Of a stretch of 32,000 nucleotides of DNA, positions 8,757-18,163 are shown piece by piece. How positions within the stretch are numbered: position 1 is the stretch's first letter; each line of letters begins with the position of its first letter. The notes beneath the pieces were generated by a model. It was not told the DNA's origin. It ran no database searches and worked only from the letters and a program-made list of their open reading frames with translations. This DNA comes from Candidatus Iainarchaeum sp. (GTDB taxonomy: Archaea > Iainarchaeota > Iainarchaeia > Iainarchaeales > 0-14-0-20-30-16): positions 22,635 through 54,634 of the forward strand of contig JAQTTP010000006.1 of the NCBI GenBank assembly GCA_028710695.1. The letters run 5' to 3'. The position numbers and the translations under genes were made by a program.

Positions 8757-9836
8757 TTATTTTTTGTCTGATTCTTTTTTCTCTTCCTTCTTTTTTGGTG
8801 GCTCCAAATCCAAATTTAGATTTAGATCTAAATCGCCTAAATCATTATCAGAAATCTTTTTGTCTAAATTAAAATTAGGTAAATCCATGTTTAGATCAAA
8901 TGGGTTTGTTTCTTCTTTCTTTTCTTCCTTTTTAGTGTCCTTTTCTGCTGGCTTGTCTTCTCCAGTGCCTTGTATTTTCTTGATTTCTTCATCTCTTGTA
9001 AGCTGAGTAAAAATATTATCTACAATTTGGTTTATTTCTCCTCTTTGGTTTGGCTCTCTGTTGTGTCTATCTCTGAACCGTTCTACTTCGACTTCTGTTA
9101 TTTTTTCGATTTCTTCCTTTGGCTTATTCAAATCAGTTTTCTCTTTTACTTGGCTGTAAATTACATCTATAATATTATCACGTAATTCTCTTGGAGTTTC
9201 TAGTTCTTCATCAGTATTTGGTTTGCCTTTTAATTCTTTAAGCCTTTCTCTGTAATGCCTTGAGCTTGGATCTGTTTCAGTGGCTTGGCTTTGTTCTTTG
9301 TCTTGGGGTTCACCAGGCCTATAAAATCTTCGTAATCTTCTTGGTATTTCAGAAACATCTTTATCTTTGTAGTTTTGTGGATTTTCGATAACTTTATCTG
9401 GTTCTACAGTCTTTTTTTCTTCCTGTTCGGCAAGTTTTATATTTTCTTCTTGTAATTTGCTTAATTCCTCTCCCAAATTTTCTTCAGGAGGCGCAAGCTG
9501 TATCGAGTTTTTTAATTGGCTCATAAGTTTGTCAACTTCACTAAAACTAGAATCTACTGTTGGTTCTGGGGCTTTAGTGGGTGCCAAATCCTTGCTAGTA
9601 AGAGTCAAATCCTTTCCTGATTCTTCTTTGTTTTGGTTTACTTTGTCCTTTGATTTAGATTCATTTTTTATTTCTTGTTTTTTTCCGCCTTTGCCATATA
9701 GCTCATCTATAACATCTCTTGCGATTTTTCTGGAATAACCTTCTGCCATAACCGCCTGAATGACTTCGTCTGTAGAATAGATGTTTTTGTAAGTTTGTAG
9801 AAGCTTAACTAAATTCTCAACTTCCTTTGAAGCCAT
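8757..9836 (-). CDS. Highly charged, coiled-coil/low-complexity protein of unknown function, 359 aa
   Basis: Long uninterrupted ORF; folded-looking N-terminus (VENLVKLLQTYKNIYSTDEVIQAVMAEGYSRKIARDVIDELYGKG), then K/E/D-rich regions. AGGTG upstream of the ATG. Confidence 0.75.
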   Translation of the reverse strand: MASKEVENLVKLLQTYKNIYSTDEVIQAVMAEGYSRKIARDVIDELYGKGGKKQEIKNESKSKDKVNQNKEESGKDLTLTSKDLAPTKAPEPTVDSSFSEVDKLMSQLKNSIQLAPPEENLGEELSKLQEENIKLAEQEEKKTVEPDKVIENPQNYKDKDVSEIPRRLRRFYRPGEPQDKEQSQATETDPSSRHYRERLKELKGKPNTDEELETPRELRDNIIDVIYSQVKEKTDLNKPKEEIEKITEVEVERFRDRHNREPNQRGEINQIVDNIFTQLTRDEEIKKIQGTGEDKPAEKDTKKEEKKEETNPFDLNMDLPNFNLDKKISDNDLGDLDLNLNLDLEPPKKKEEKKESDKK

Positions 9837-9909
9837 AACAACACCTGCGAACTATATATAAATAATAGTTAACTATTTAAAGAATATTTGTGTTTTTATA
9901 TTGATATAT

Positions 9910-10404
9910 ATGGAAATTACTTTTATAGGCATTCTGTACTCAATTTTGTACTGGGCTTGTTTTTCCGCCGTATTATTTTTTTTAATACTGCTTTTTGGGC
10001 ATTTTTATAAGGCTTTTGACGAAAAGTTGAAAATAAAAGATATTTTCAAGTATTTTTTGTTTACCTTGATCATATCCTACATAGTTTTGATATTGGCTTA
10101 TTTCCTTCCTGCGGCATTTGGGGTAAAACTTGAGTTTATTGCATTTTATACTACTTGGTACATGTACCTGTATGTTGTAATTGTAATTTTGCTGAAGCTT
10201 TTGCTTTATGCATTGGTACTATCAGTAATTCTTCAACCAGTAATTTTACTTGGGATTTTCCTTTATAGATACTTTGTTGAAAAAAATTCTAACGAGTTAT
10301 TGTCAAAATTTTATGTTTCAGTGATAATATCATTTGTGATTAGTTTGATATTGTATATCTTCCCTTGGATTCTGGGCGGAATGATTGCAATGGTGTATTT
10401 TTAG
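9910..10404 (+). CDS. Multi-pass membrane protein, unknown function, 164 aa
   Basis: Four to five hydrophobic segments. ATG 9910 preferred to the TTG at 9901. Immediately upstream of the giant secreted protein. Confidence 0.65.
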   Translation: MEITFIGILYSILYWACFSAVLFFLILLFGHFYKAFDEKLKIKDIFKYFLFTLIISYIVLILAYFLPAAFGVKLEFIAFYTTWYMYLYVVIVILLKLLLYALVLSVILQPVILLGIFLYRYFVEKNSNELLSKFYVSVIISFVISLILYIFPWILGGMIAMVYF

Positions 10405-10412
10405 GTGATTTG

Positions 10413-13400
10413 ATGGACTACAAACAAATATTCATGTACTTTGTTATTTTGAATATCTTTTTTTCTGCAATTGCTTTCTCTTATGTTCCGCCATCAGATT
10501 ATATGGGGCAGAACTCTTGTAAAACTGAAAGGCTAAGCCCTGAGGAAATAAATATTCTATGGGATGAATATTTGAGAACTGGCTTTACCCCAAATCAAAT
10601 AATTTCGGGGACTCCTGAAGAATTAAAAAATTCTGAAAAAACAGTTGAAAAAAAAGATTTTAATAAAGATGCGACTTTTACATCTATAGTTGATGATAAA
10701 GCAATAACTGCAGATGTGAGGACAGATCAAAAAATCCCTTATAACTCCTATATATTTAACAAAGTTATTGATGGAGACTATGCTTATGGTGTATTCCTAA
10801 ATGATTCTTTGAGAATTGGGCGATGTAAAGATGGTACAATTGGTTGTGCAGTTACTTCTGATAATAATGGGCTATATCTTAGAAATTCAGATGGCGCAAT
10901 TAAAACTTTTACTGAAGGTGTAAAATCTTTTTTTACAGGGGATGAAATAAAACAAAAAGACGCATATGGTGCCGGAGTAGTTAATCAAGAAGAAATAAAA
11001 GATAAAGTGGATTTAAGTCAAGCAGATGCTCAACAAGATATTAATGTTGTGAAATTTACTCACGAGCTTCAAGAAAAGCCAATGAGCAGTTTTTTAGTTG
11101 ATGATTTTTCATCAGAATTTATGATGCTGTGTAATAATCAAGATTCGGACAGCAGATGTAGAGTTTTGTTGTATTCTTTTTTTGATAAAAGATATAATGC
11201 CTATTATTCAGGCAGTCTAATATCTATTGCTGGTGGCCCAATTGCTTGGGGTGCAGTAAGCAAAGTATTTGGTGGTTTTGCATCATTCAAATATGGTGCG
11301 ATGGTAACAAAAGCAGTAAAAAAAGTTACAGATCCAGCAAAGCAATTATTGAAAGATACCTGGTATAAATTAATTGCAAAAGATTTCGGATATTTTTCAA
11401 AAAATGTAGGGGACACAGTGCTTAAAGCAACACAAAAAGGAGGCATTGGTGGTAGCCTGAAAGTTTTAGGGGATAATGCTTATGAAATTGTTCCTGCTAA
11501 ACTTGTTGCAGCAATTCAAAAAGATATGGTTCCAGGTTTGACTACTGCCCAAGCAAAGGAAGCCATTGGGGATGTAGTAGTTGCAAGAGCATCAGCAGCA
11601 GATTATGGACGAGGATTTTTAGAATCTGTCTCTGGAGAGTCTGATGTTTTTATTAAAAGAGCAGCTGCTATTGAGGCGGCAGATAAAGCACCAGTATTGC
11701 TTGGTGCACAAATGAATGATACTTTTTTGAATGAAAATTTTGCAGGATGGGTTGTAGATACTGCGGGTGGATCTGTTGCAGCAATGAAACCAATAACAAA
11801 ATTTGATATTGCCCCAAAATTTTTAAAGGGAGAAATAGATCCAAGCAAAATTTATAAACTTGCGGCAGGTGGAACAGCAGCAGAAGGTGTTGCACTTTCA
11901 GATTTAAAGAACTTTTTGAAAAGTAATCCTTCAGAAGAATACCTTGTTGAAATTGCTGGGACTTCAGTTCCCCTAAATGCCTCAACTGTAGATGCAGTAA
12001 AAGATGCGGCAGCAAAAGAGGGTATTGGAAGCCTTAGTATACTCACCGCAAGCAGGACCCCCATCGATTTTGGTAAATTTGGCGGCTATGAAGGGTTTAA
12101 ACAGAAATTTGCAAAAGACTACTATGATTTTGTAAAATACAAATACACTACTGCTGCAAATAATTATGATACAATTATGAACACTTTGCAAGGCGCAAAA
12201 GCAATGCCTACAAGAAATGCAAATGCAATGAACTTCTTTATGAAATTGTGGGCTGGGAAAGGAAGTGCAATTGGTGGCCTTGTAAGGCTTGAAGCTATTC
12301 CAACAATGTATTGGATGGCAAAAACAGGAGAGTTTGGAGATACTTTTAAAGCATATATGATTAAAGAGCAAGATCTGACAACAATAAAAACATACACTGG
12401 CGCAGATAGCTTGTATAACAGTGCATATATGGATATTTTTTCTAGAGAAGGAAGCAATAATGGAGATATGTTTTCTAAAGTTATTGACTATATAGTGTTT
12501 ATTGACAACATTGGATTATTGTCTAATGAAATGGAACAAAGCATAAAGTCTTTCTTTAGTCACCAGTTTAGAGACGAGCCCGAAGATTTAGTATTTTATA
12601 ATGAAGCACTAAAATGTGGTAAAGGTGCTTGTACTATATCTCTAAATAAACAAGCAGCAAAAGAAAAAATAGAAAACACAGATGTTGTTTCAGGAAAAGA
12701 TGTTGATATAATAAATGATAAAATACATGTGAACACTCAATCATTGCAAGGAACAAAAAATTATGTTGTTGAATTCCCAGACCCAGTTCCATCTGATGAC
12801 CCAGACCCAGGATATACTTTGAGTGCATTCGTGCATAGAATGAATATTGTTGGAAAAGATGGTGAAATAAATTTGGCATCAGCACTAGCACAAAAAGAAG
12901 ATTGTGTAAGTAAAGCAAAAGGCCTAACTATTGTTGGTATTCCATTTGGTAGCATGTTTGCATCTGATGTTGATCCATCTAAATTTGCAATACCTTTGGG
13001 AATAGTTGATAACTCAATTGGTTTAGCTCTTACTGGAATTCCTGGATTGGCATTGAGTGTAGTATCGTCTATACTAATAATGGAACAAGTTCAAGAACAA
13101 GTTGGAAATTGTGTAGATATTGTTGATGGATACTATGTTACTGACTCACTGATTCCTTACCAAGACATGAATGATTCTTTAATGTCTAAGATTGGCGGTG
13201 TGGCATCTAAAGGAGAAAAAGAAACAGAGAAATCTCTTCTGGAAGGAACACCTCTTGATAAAATCGCAACTACAATAAAAGACCAATTTAATAAAATAAT
13301 AAGCAATAAAACACATGAAGCAATACAGATAAATGTTGAAACAAAAGGAAAAACTAATGGATCTGTTTATGCGGAAGATATCTTCCTGATTTGGGAAGGT

Positions 13401-14747
13401 GGAAATGCAAGTCAGATAAATCTAAAGTATGATGATAAATCGTACACAACTTTAAAAGATAAAGACGGGAAAACAGCAATAATAGATAATGAGAAAGGGA
13501 TTTTTGAAATAAATGGAAAGCAAATTAATAATCCGGATCTTGTAAGATTAATGAAAAGAAATAATAGGGGCCCGTTCTATAGTATGCCTGTTGCAGTAAC
13601 TGTATTTTCAGCAAACAGTGTTGGAAATATGTTTGAAGCACACACAAATGGTGATTTTTTAGTAAAGGATCCAAGCATACTTGATTGTATTAGAGCTGGA
13701 GTGTTTGAGCAAACTGGAATGACTATGATGGGCAACTCTTTGTATGAACATATGGGCCCAGTTACAGAAATCTTGGTTGAATCTGGAACAATAATTAGAC
13801 CAAGTTTGTATGGTTCTGAAAACCAATTCTCAATGGAAGGAACAACTATTGGAAGAATTCCTATGCCTAATTCAACACTTACTGTTAAAGGTGATAGAAC
13901 TGTAGTAATTAAGAACGCACAAAAGTCTTACGAATTAGATGGTGTTGTTGGTATTGCCTTTGAAAAAGGATCAATTGTTTACAAAGCGCAAACAAATGAA
14001 TTTATTATGTGGATAGAAAACATGGCACAAATTGATGGAAAATATATTTCTAATTTGATGTCAAATCACAACCCCCAAATAAATGAAGAAACTGGTTGTG
14101 AAGAAGATGCATTTGATTTGAAATTAGCTCCAATTCCCGGAGATGTAACTGCGGAAGAAGAAGTTGGAAAGATGAATATTGCTTTAGAAAAAGCAGGCCC
14201 ATTCCAATACTTCCAGACTCCAAAATATAATATAATTTTCTATTCAAAAATGGAAAGTGGGGTTTGTAAAAAATATATGAAAGTTGTAGACAGAGAAACT
14301 GGAAGAGTAATAAGTGATGCAGAAGTAACAAGCGTTACAAAAACTCCAGATGGTTATAAAGTTACAACTGCGGATGGAAAAACACATGATATCGGATTTG
14401 AAGTTGCAAATGGGAAGCCGATATTGTCTTATAATGGAGACAAGCAGCCTTTGCTAATTGCACAAGGAAAAGATGGTGCATTCTATTACGATCCAAGTAC
14501 AGGAAAATGGTATGTTGATAATGCACAAGTATTGCCAATAGATGATGACTTTAAGTTACATGGGTCTGCAACACAAGGAAATAATACATATCCGTCTGAT
14601 AACCCAATAAGTGGGGCTTTAAGTCCATCAGATAGTTCAAAATCAAGTTGGGATATTCCATTAACTGGAAGTCTATTAGCTTCAGGATTAGTAATGTTAG
14701 TAAGTAGTATGTTTGTATATTTGTACTTTAAGAGGGAGGATGAGTAA
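10413..14747 (+). CDS. Giant secreted/surface protein of unknown family, 1444 aa, with signal peptide and C-terminal TM anchor
   Basis: ATG 10413 preceded by GGTGAT-TTG. Signal-like MDYKQIFMYFVILNIFFSAIAFS; C-terminus SSWDIPLTGSLLASGLVMLVSSMFVYLYFKREDE (Ser/Thr linker, TM, charged tail). Confidence 0.88.
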   Translation: MDYKQIFMYFVILNIFFSAIAFSYVPPSDYMGQNSCKTERLSPEEINILWDEYLRTGFTPNQIISGTPEELKNSEKTVEKKDFNKDATFTSIVDDKAITADVRTDQKIPYNSYIFNKVIDGDYAYGVFLNDSLRIGRCKDGTIGCAVTSDNNGLYLRNSDGAIKTFTEGVKSFFTGDEIKQKDAYGAGVVNQEEIKDKVDLSQADAQQDINVVKFTHELQEKPMSSFLVDDFSSEFMMLCNNQDSDSRCRVLLYSFFDKRYNAYYSGSLISIAGGPIAWGAVSKVFGGFASFKYGAMVTKAVKKVTDPAKQLLKDTWYKLIAKDFGYFSKNVGDTVLKATQKGGIGGSLKVLGDNAYEIVPAKLVAAIQKDMVPGLTTAQAKEAIGDVVVARASAADYGRGFLESVSGESDVFIKRAAAIEAADKAPVLLGAQMNDTFLNENFAGWVVDTAGGSVAAMKPITKFDIAPKFLKGEIDPSKIYKLAAGGTAAEGVALSDLKNFLKSNPSEEYLVEIAGTSVPLNASTVDAVKDAAAKEGIGSLSILTASRTPIDFGKFGGYEGFKQKFAKDYYDFVKYKYTTAANNYDTIMNTLQGAKAMPTRNANAMNFFMKLWAGKGSAIGGLVRLEAIPTMYWMAKTGEFGDTFKAYMIKEQDLTTIKTYTGADSLYNSAYMDIFSREGSNNGDMFSKVIDYIVFIDNIGLLSNEMEQSIKSFFSHQFRDEPEDLVFYNEALKCGKGACTISLNKQAAKEKIENTDVVSGKDVDIINDKIHVNTQSLQGTKNYVVEFPDPVPSDDPDPGYTLSAFVHRMNIVGKDGEINLASALAQKEDCVSKAKGLTIVGIPFGSMFASDVDPSKFAIPLGIVDNSIGLALTGIPGLALSVVSSILIMEQVQEQVGNCVDIVDGYYVTDSLIPYQDMNDSLMSKIGGVASKGEKETEKSLLEGTPLDKIATTIKDQFNKIISNKTHEAIQINVETKGKTNGSVYAEDIFLIWEGGNASQINLKYDDKSYTTLKDKDGKTAIIDNEKGIFEINGKQINNPDLVRLMKRNNRGPFYSMPVAVTVFSANSVGNMFEAHTNGDFLVKDPSILDCIRAGVFEQTGMTMMGNSLYEHMGPVTEILVESGTIIRPSLYGSENQFSMEGTTIGRIPMPNSTLTVKGDRTVVIKNAQKSYELDGVVGIAFEKGSIVYKAQTNEFIMWIENMAQIDGKYISNLMSNHNPQINEETGCEEDAFDLKLAPIPGDVTAEEEVGKMNIALEKAGPFQYFQTPKYNIIFYSKMESGVCKKYMKVVDRETGRVISDAEVTSVTKTPDGYKVTTADGKTHDIGFEVANGKPILSYNGDKQPLLIAQGKDGAFYYDPSTGKWYVDNAQVLPIDDDFKLHGSATQGNNTYPSDNPISGALSPSDSSKSSWDIPLTGSLLASGLVMLVSSMFVYLYFKREDE

Positions 14748-14748
14748 A

Positions 14749-14874
14749 ATGGCAGTAGTTAGAAAACCTTTACCAAAAGCACCTGGTTTTGCAATAAAGA
14801 AAACAATAACTGGTCCAAGAGGAACTGGTAGAAAAGGCAATGTTATTCAATTAGCAAAAGCAAAAAGAAGATAA
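14749..14874 (+). CDS. Small basic protein, 41 aa (missing from ORF track)
   Basis: MAVVRKPLPKAPGFAIKKTITGPRGTGRKGNVIQLAKAKRR*. GGAGG at 14735-14739; starts 1 nt after the stop of the giant gene. Confidence 0.6.
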   Translation: MAVVRKPLPKAPGFAIKKTITGPRGTGRKGNVIQLAKAKRR

Positions 14875-14912
14875 GTCATAAAAAAGGACTTATTCTTCTT
14901 CTTTTTTATTTG
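14866..14912 (+). terminator. Imperfect inverted repeat plus T-tract
   Basis: AGAAGATAAGTC ... GACTTATTCTTCT (one bulge), followed by T-rich TCTTTTTTATTT, between convergent genes. Confidence 0.5.
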
Positions 14913-14927
14913 TCTATTAAAAAATAC

Positions 14928-15617
14928 CTAAATTATATTGTGTCCTGCATACTCTTTTTCTTTCATATCCTTTAATTGAGTATTTACTATTCCACTTAGT
15001 TTCTTTGATTCCGCAAGCAATGGCTTGTTGTCTATGTTTAAATTGTACATTTTATTTAGAAGCCCAATTGCTTTTGCAGCTGCATCGTAATTTTTTGTTT
15101 GCAAAAACGGAACTAAAATTAGAAAGATTGGATAATCTTTTTCAAGAATAAAGAATTGTGCACCAATTCCTGCTGTGATTCCTTCTTTTATTTTTTGAAT
15201 ATTGTATTTTTCTAAATAAGTTAAATTCTTTTTGTTGTTTGCAACTCCTAAAATTGTTTCATTATTGTCTATTATTCCACCAATTGAAAGTATTCTGTCC
15301 ATTTTTGATTTCTTTGCCCAATGTAGGACAATATTACAATAGCTTTTCAAATCCTCTTTTTGAATTATTTGGTCAGAAATTATACAAATAAGTTTGTGCT
15401 TGTGGGAAACATAAGCCCTTATTGGGTGCTGTGGAATCCCGTTCTCAATTTTTACTATTGGTGTTGTATTGTCGTGTTCGAAATGGCCTAGATAGTCCAT
15501 TTTTAGGTTTTCAATTAAGTATTTTGTAGTAATAGAACTAATTAAATCTGCAGAAGGAAACCCCTCTATTAGAGTGTAACCCTTGTAATTTTTGTTAGAC
15601 TTAAAGAATAGACCCAT
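14928..15617 (-). CDS. PAC2 family protein (proteasome assembly chaperone-like)
   Basis: 229 aa; LIEGFPSADLISSITTKYLIENLKMDYLGHF and later MDRILSIGGI are typical of archaeal PAC2 proteins. Confidence 0.8.
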   Translation of the reverse strand: MGLFFKSNKNYKGYTLIEGFPSADLISSITTKYLIENLKMDYLGHFEHDNTTPIVKIENGIPQHPIRAYVSHKHKLICIISDQIIQKEDLKSYCNIVLHWAKKSKMDRILSIGGIIDNNETILGVANNKKNLTYLEKYNIQKIKEGITAGIGAQFFILEKDYPIFLILVPFLQTKNYDAAAKAIGLLNKMYNLNIDNKPLLAESKKLSGIVNTQLKDMKEKEYAGHNII

Positions 15618-15723
15618 AGCAATTCACCATTAGTTTTACGATAGATTATAGCAATTACCTATATAAATATATTCCTATAAATAGGATATATAATAACTAT
15701 TTATGAATTAAGAGTGTGATAGC

Positions 15724-16323
15724 ATGTCATTTGCAAAACAATTCAAGAAAGTGTCAGTTAAGATAAGAAAAAAGGATAAAGATGCAGATTATGATTACAA
15801 AAAGTTGTATTCTGATAAGATGATTGCTTTAAGAAAGAAAAAAGCAAGCGTTGTTAAATTGGCTAAACCAACAAACCCAGTAAGAGCAAGAGAACTTGGC
15901 TACAAGGCAAAACAAGGAGTAGTTGTGGCTATGGTAAAAATAAGAAAAGGAACTGGTGCCTTTTCAAGGGTAAATAAAGGAAGAAAGCCAAAGAGAACAG
16001 GATACTTAAAATTAACTAGGAAAGTTTCAATCCAGAAGATGGCTGAGCAAAGAGCAGGTACTAAGTTTAGTAACTGTGAAGTTTTGAATAGCTATTGGGT
16101 TGGAGAAGATGGTAAGGATAAGTACTACGAAGTTATTTTACTAGAAAGATCTCACCCTGTAATCTTAGCAGACAAGAACTATGTGGGCGTAGTTAACCAG
16201 AAGAGAAGAGTATTTAGAGGATTGACTTCTGCAGGAAAGAAAGGAAGAGGATTAGCAAACAAAGGAAAAGGAACTGAGAAGAATAGACCATCTATAAGAG
16301 CAAAAGGAAGAAAAGCAAAGTAA
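15724..16323 (+). CDS. rpl15e: 50S ribosomal protein L15e
   Basis: Characteristic sequence including RARELGYKAKQGVVVAMVKIRKGTG, VLNSYWVGEDGKDKYYEVILLERSHPVI, FRGLTSAGKKGRGL. Confidence 0.97.
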   Translation: MSFAKQFKKVSVKIRKKDKDADYDYKKLYSDKMIALRKKKASVVKLAKPTNPVRARELGYKAKQGVVVAMVKIRKGTGAFSRVNKGRKPKRTGYLKLTRKVSIQKMAEQRAGTKFSNCEVLNSYWVGEDGKDKYYEVILLERSHPVILADKNYVGVVNQKRRVFRGLTSAGKKGRGLANKGKGTEKNRPSIRAKGRKAK

Positions 16324-16350
16324 AGCTTTTTCTTTTTTCTATTTTTTTAT

Positions 16351-17193
16351 TTATTTTTTCATTTCTCTTTTTCTAAATTCTTGTCCTAATTCTCTGCCCA
16401 TTTTTGAGAGATAGGCTTTGTACTCTTTTTCTAGCCAGAATTTTATCTTTGGATTGTAATCAGATTCTCTTGCGGTCACGATTTCTGGTTCTGCATCCAT
16501 TGGCCCACTTGTTCTTTTTAGAACCCCCCCTCGTCCAGCATAACCTTTGGAATTTTCAGACCTTTTTGGTTTGCTAAGCCTTGTGGTTGAATTAAAATCT
16601 TCTTCTTGGATATTATGGTATGTTGCATTTGGTAAACCTAGCCTTTGTAGCTCTTGGCCAATTGCATCTATTGTATTTTTGCTTACAATAAGATCTAATA
16701 CAAAAAATCTTGGCTTTTTAATTCTTTTAACAACTTCTGGAATTCTTGCGATTGCAGTAGAACTGGGGATACAAGTGCCTGTTTGGCGTTCAAGTGTAGA
16801 AATGTATAATACTGGGCCCAATCTATACCTTTTTAGTTCTCTATAAACATCAGGAAATGCTTCCACAAGGGCAGTATGAAATAAGTGCCCTGCAATTCTC
16901 ATGGATGTATCTGGGAGCAATATAATTGGTGTTTGGCCTTGTGCAATAGAGCTTTTTGCAGCAGCAAGCAACTCATTTGTGGATTTTTGGATGTACTGCA
17001 AATCTTTTTTTTCATAGATTTTCCGTCGTAAATTTTTTAATCTGTCAGCGGATGTTGATTCGCCGTGTTTTTCAGTTAATTCTATATATCTTCTTGATTT
17101 CCATCTATCTTCTGGACAAGTAGAGTTTTCTTCTAATTTTCTGCGTTTTTCTAGAAGTCCGCGAATAAATGTAGTTGCTCTTTTTAGTACCAT
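16351..17193 (-). CDS. Hypothetical protein, possibly degenerate phosphoribosyltransferase-like, 280 aa
   Basis: Start placed at ATG 17193 (MVLKRATTFIRG) because the longer ORF overlaps rnp3 head-on. FFVLDLIVSKNTIDAIGQELQRLGL is weakly reminiscent of the PRTase PRPP loop. Confidence 0.55.
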   Translation of the reverse strand: MVLKRATTFIRGLLEKRRKLEENSTCPEDRWKSRRYIELTEKHGESTSADRLKNLRRKIYEKKDLQYIQKSTNELLAAAKSSIAQGQTPIILLPDTSMRIAGHLFHTALVEAFPDVYRELKRYRLGPVLYISTLERQTGTCIPSSTAIARIPEVVKRIKKPRFFVLDLIVSKNTIDAIGQELQRLGLPNATYHNIQEEDFNSTTRLSKPKRSENSKGYAGRGGVLKRTSGPMDAEPEIVTARESDYNPKIKFWLEKEYKAYLSKMGRELGQEFRKREMKK

Positions 17194-17248
17194 ATAAGAA
17201 ATAATAACTTTACTAAAGAATAAAAGCTTTCGGGTTGTTAGTTTTATT

Positions 17249-17803
17249 ATGATTTTTGATTTTATTGGCTCTGAACTCAAGGGCAAGCTTGGCAAGGAAA
17301 AGGAAAGCCAAACTATTTTTCTTTCAGGCATATATTCTAAAGAAATGAATAATAAAAAACACTGTCTTGTTGTAGATGTTTCTAAGAATAAGAATGAATT
17401 CAAAAGAACAGGAAATTATGGGTGCTATGTTGGGGCCAAAGTTGGATCTCTAAAAGATGTGTTCTTTTGTTTGGATAAAAAATTAGATTTTATAATAAAT
17501 CCTTTTAACTATAAAACAAAATTCTTTGATAATTCTACAATAACTGTTATGAAGCAAAGAAATTTGTTTCCATTGATTTTCTTGGATGAATATCTTGAGT
17601 TGAGCAAAGGCCAACAAATTGGATTTTTGAAAAATGCTTTTTTGCTTGTGGATCTTGCAAAAAAACAATCAATACCTGTGCTTATTGCCTCTGGCGCAAA
17701 TGAGCCTTGGCAAGTAATTTATAATAATGAATTTTTGTATCCTTTATTTAATATAAAAATAGAACAAGCAAATAATTTTTTTAATATTTTAGAAAGAAAG
17801 TGA
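17249..17803 (+). CDS. rnp3: RNase P protein component 3 (Rpp30-like), short/divergent
   Basis: LVDLAKKQSIPVLIASGANEPWQV...LYPLFNIKIEQANNFF matches the C-terminal Rpp30 pattern. Located between rpl15e and the Pop5-like gene, as in many archaea. Confidence 0.7.
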   Translation: MIFDFIGSELKGKLGKEKESQTIFLSGIYSKEMNNKKHCLVVDVSKNKNEFKRTGNYGCYVGAKVGSLKDVFFCLDKKLDFIINPFNYKTKFFDNSTITVMKQRNLFPLIFLDEYLELSKGQQIGFLKNAFLLVDLAKKQSIPVLIASGANEPWQVIYNNEFLYPLFNIKIEQANNFFNILERK

Positions 17804-17823
17804 ATTTCTGAATTGGTGATACT

Positions 17824-18162
17824 ATGAAGAGAAAATTGAATCCCTTGCCATTGTCTTTGAGAGAAAAGAAAAGATATCTTTTATTTTCTATGAATAAAGT
17901 AGAAAATTTTGAAAACATAATTAATAGTTATGTGCGGTCTTTTTTTGGAACTTATTTTATGGCACAAATGGAATTCAGGATTTTGAAGAGTAAAGAGAAA
18001 AAAAAGAGAATTTATTTTGTTGTAAAAGCATCTAGAGATGAATTTGAAAAAATAATTGCTGCTTTGGAATTATTTAAAAAATCAAATGAAATTATGTTGG
18101 ACATAAAGTTAGAAAAAGTTAGTGGAACAATAAAGACAATAAATGAAATCTTGGAGGAGTAA
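17824..18162 (+). CDS. rnp2: RNase P protein component 2 (Pop5/Rpp14-like)
   Basis: LPLSLREKKRYLLFSM start typical of Pop5; GGTGAT-ACT-ATG context; neighbour of the Rpp30-like gene. Confidence 0.8.
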   Translation: MKRKLNPLPLSLREKKRYLLFSMNKVENFENIINSYVRSFFGTYFMAQMEFRILKSKEKKKRIYFVVKASRDEFEKIIAALELFKKSNEIMLDIKLEKVSGTIKTINEILEE

Positions 18163-18163
18163 A

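Noticed and set aside
11204-12955. Cluster of antisense and alternate-frame ORFs inside the giant secreted gene
   Set aside because: All nested in a single 1444-codon frame; low-complexity hydrophobic shadows from AT-rich coding DNA.
17194-17403. N-terminal extension of the - strand ORF 16351..17403
   Set aside because: Overlaps the Rpp30-like gene head-on; ATG 17193 gives a cleaner start.
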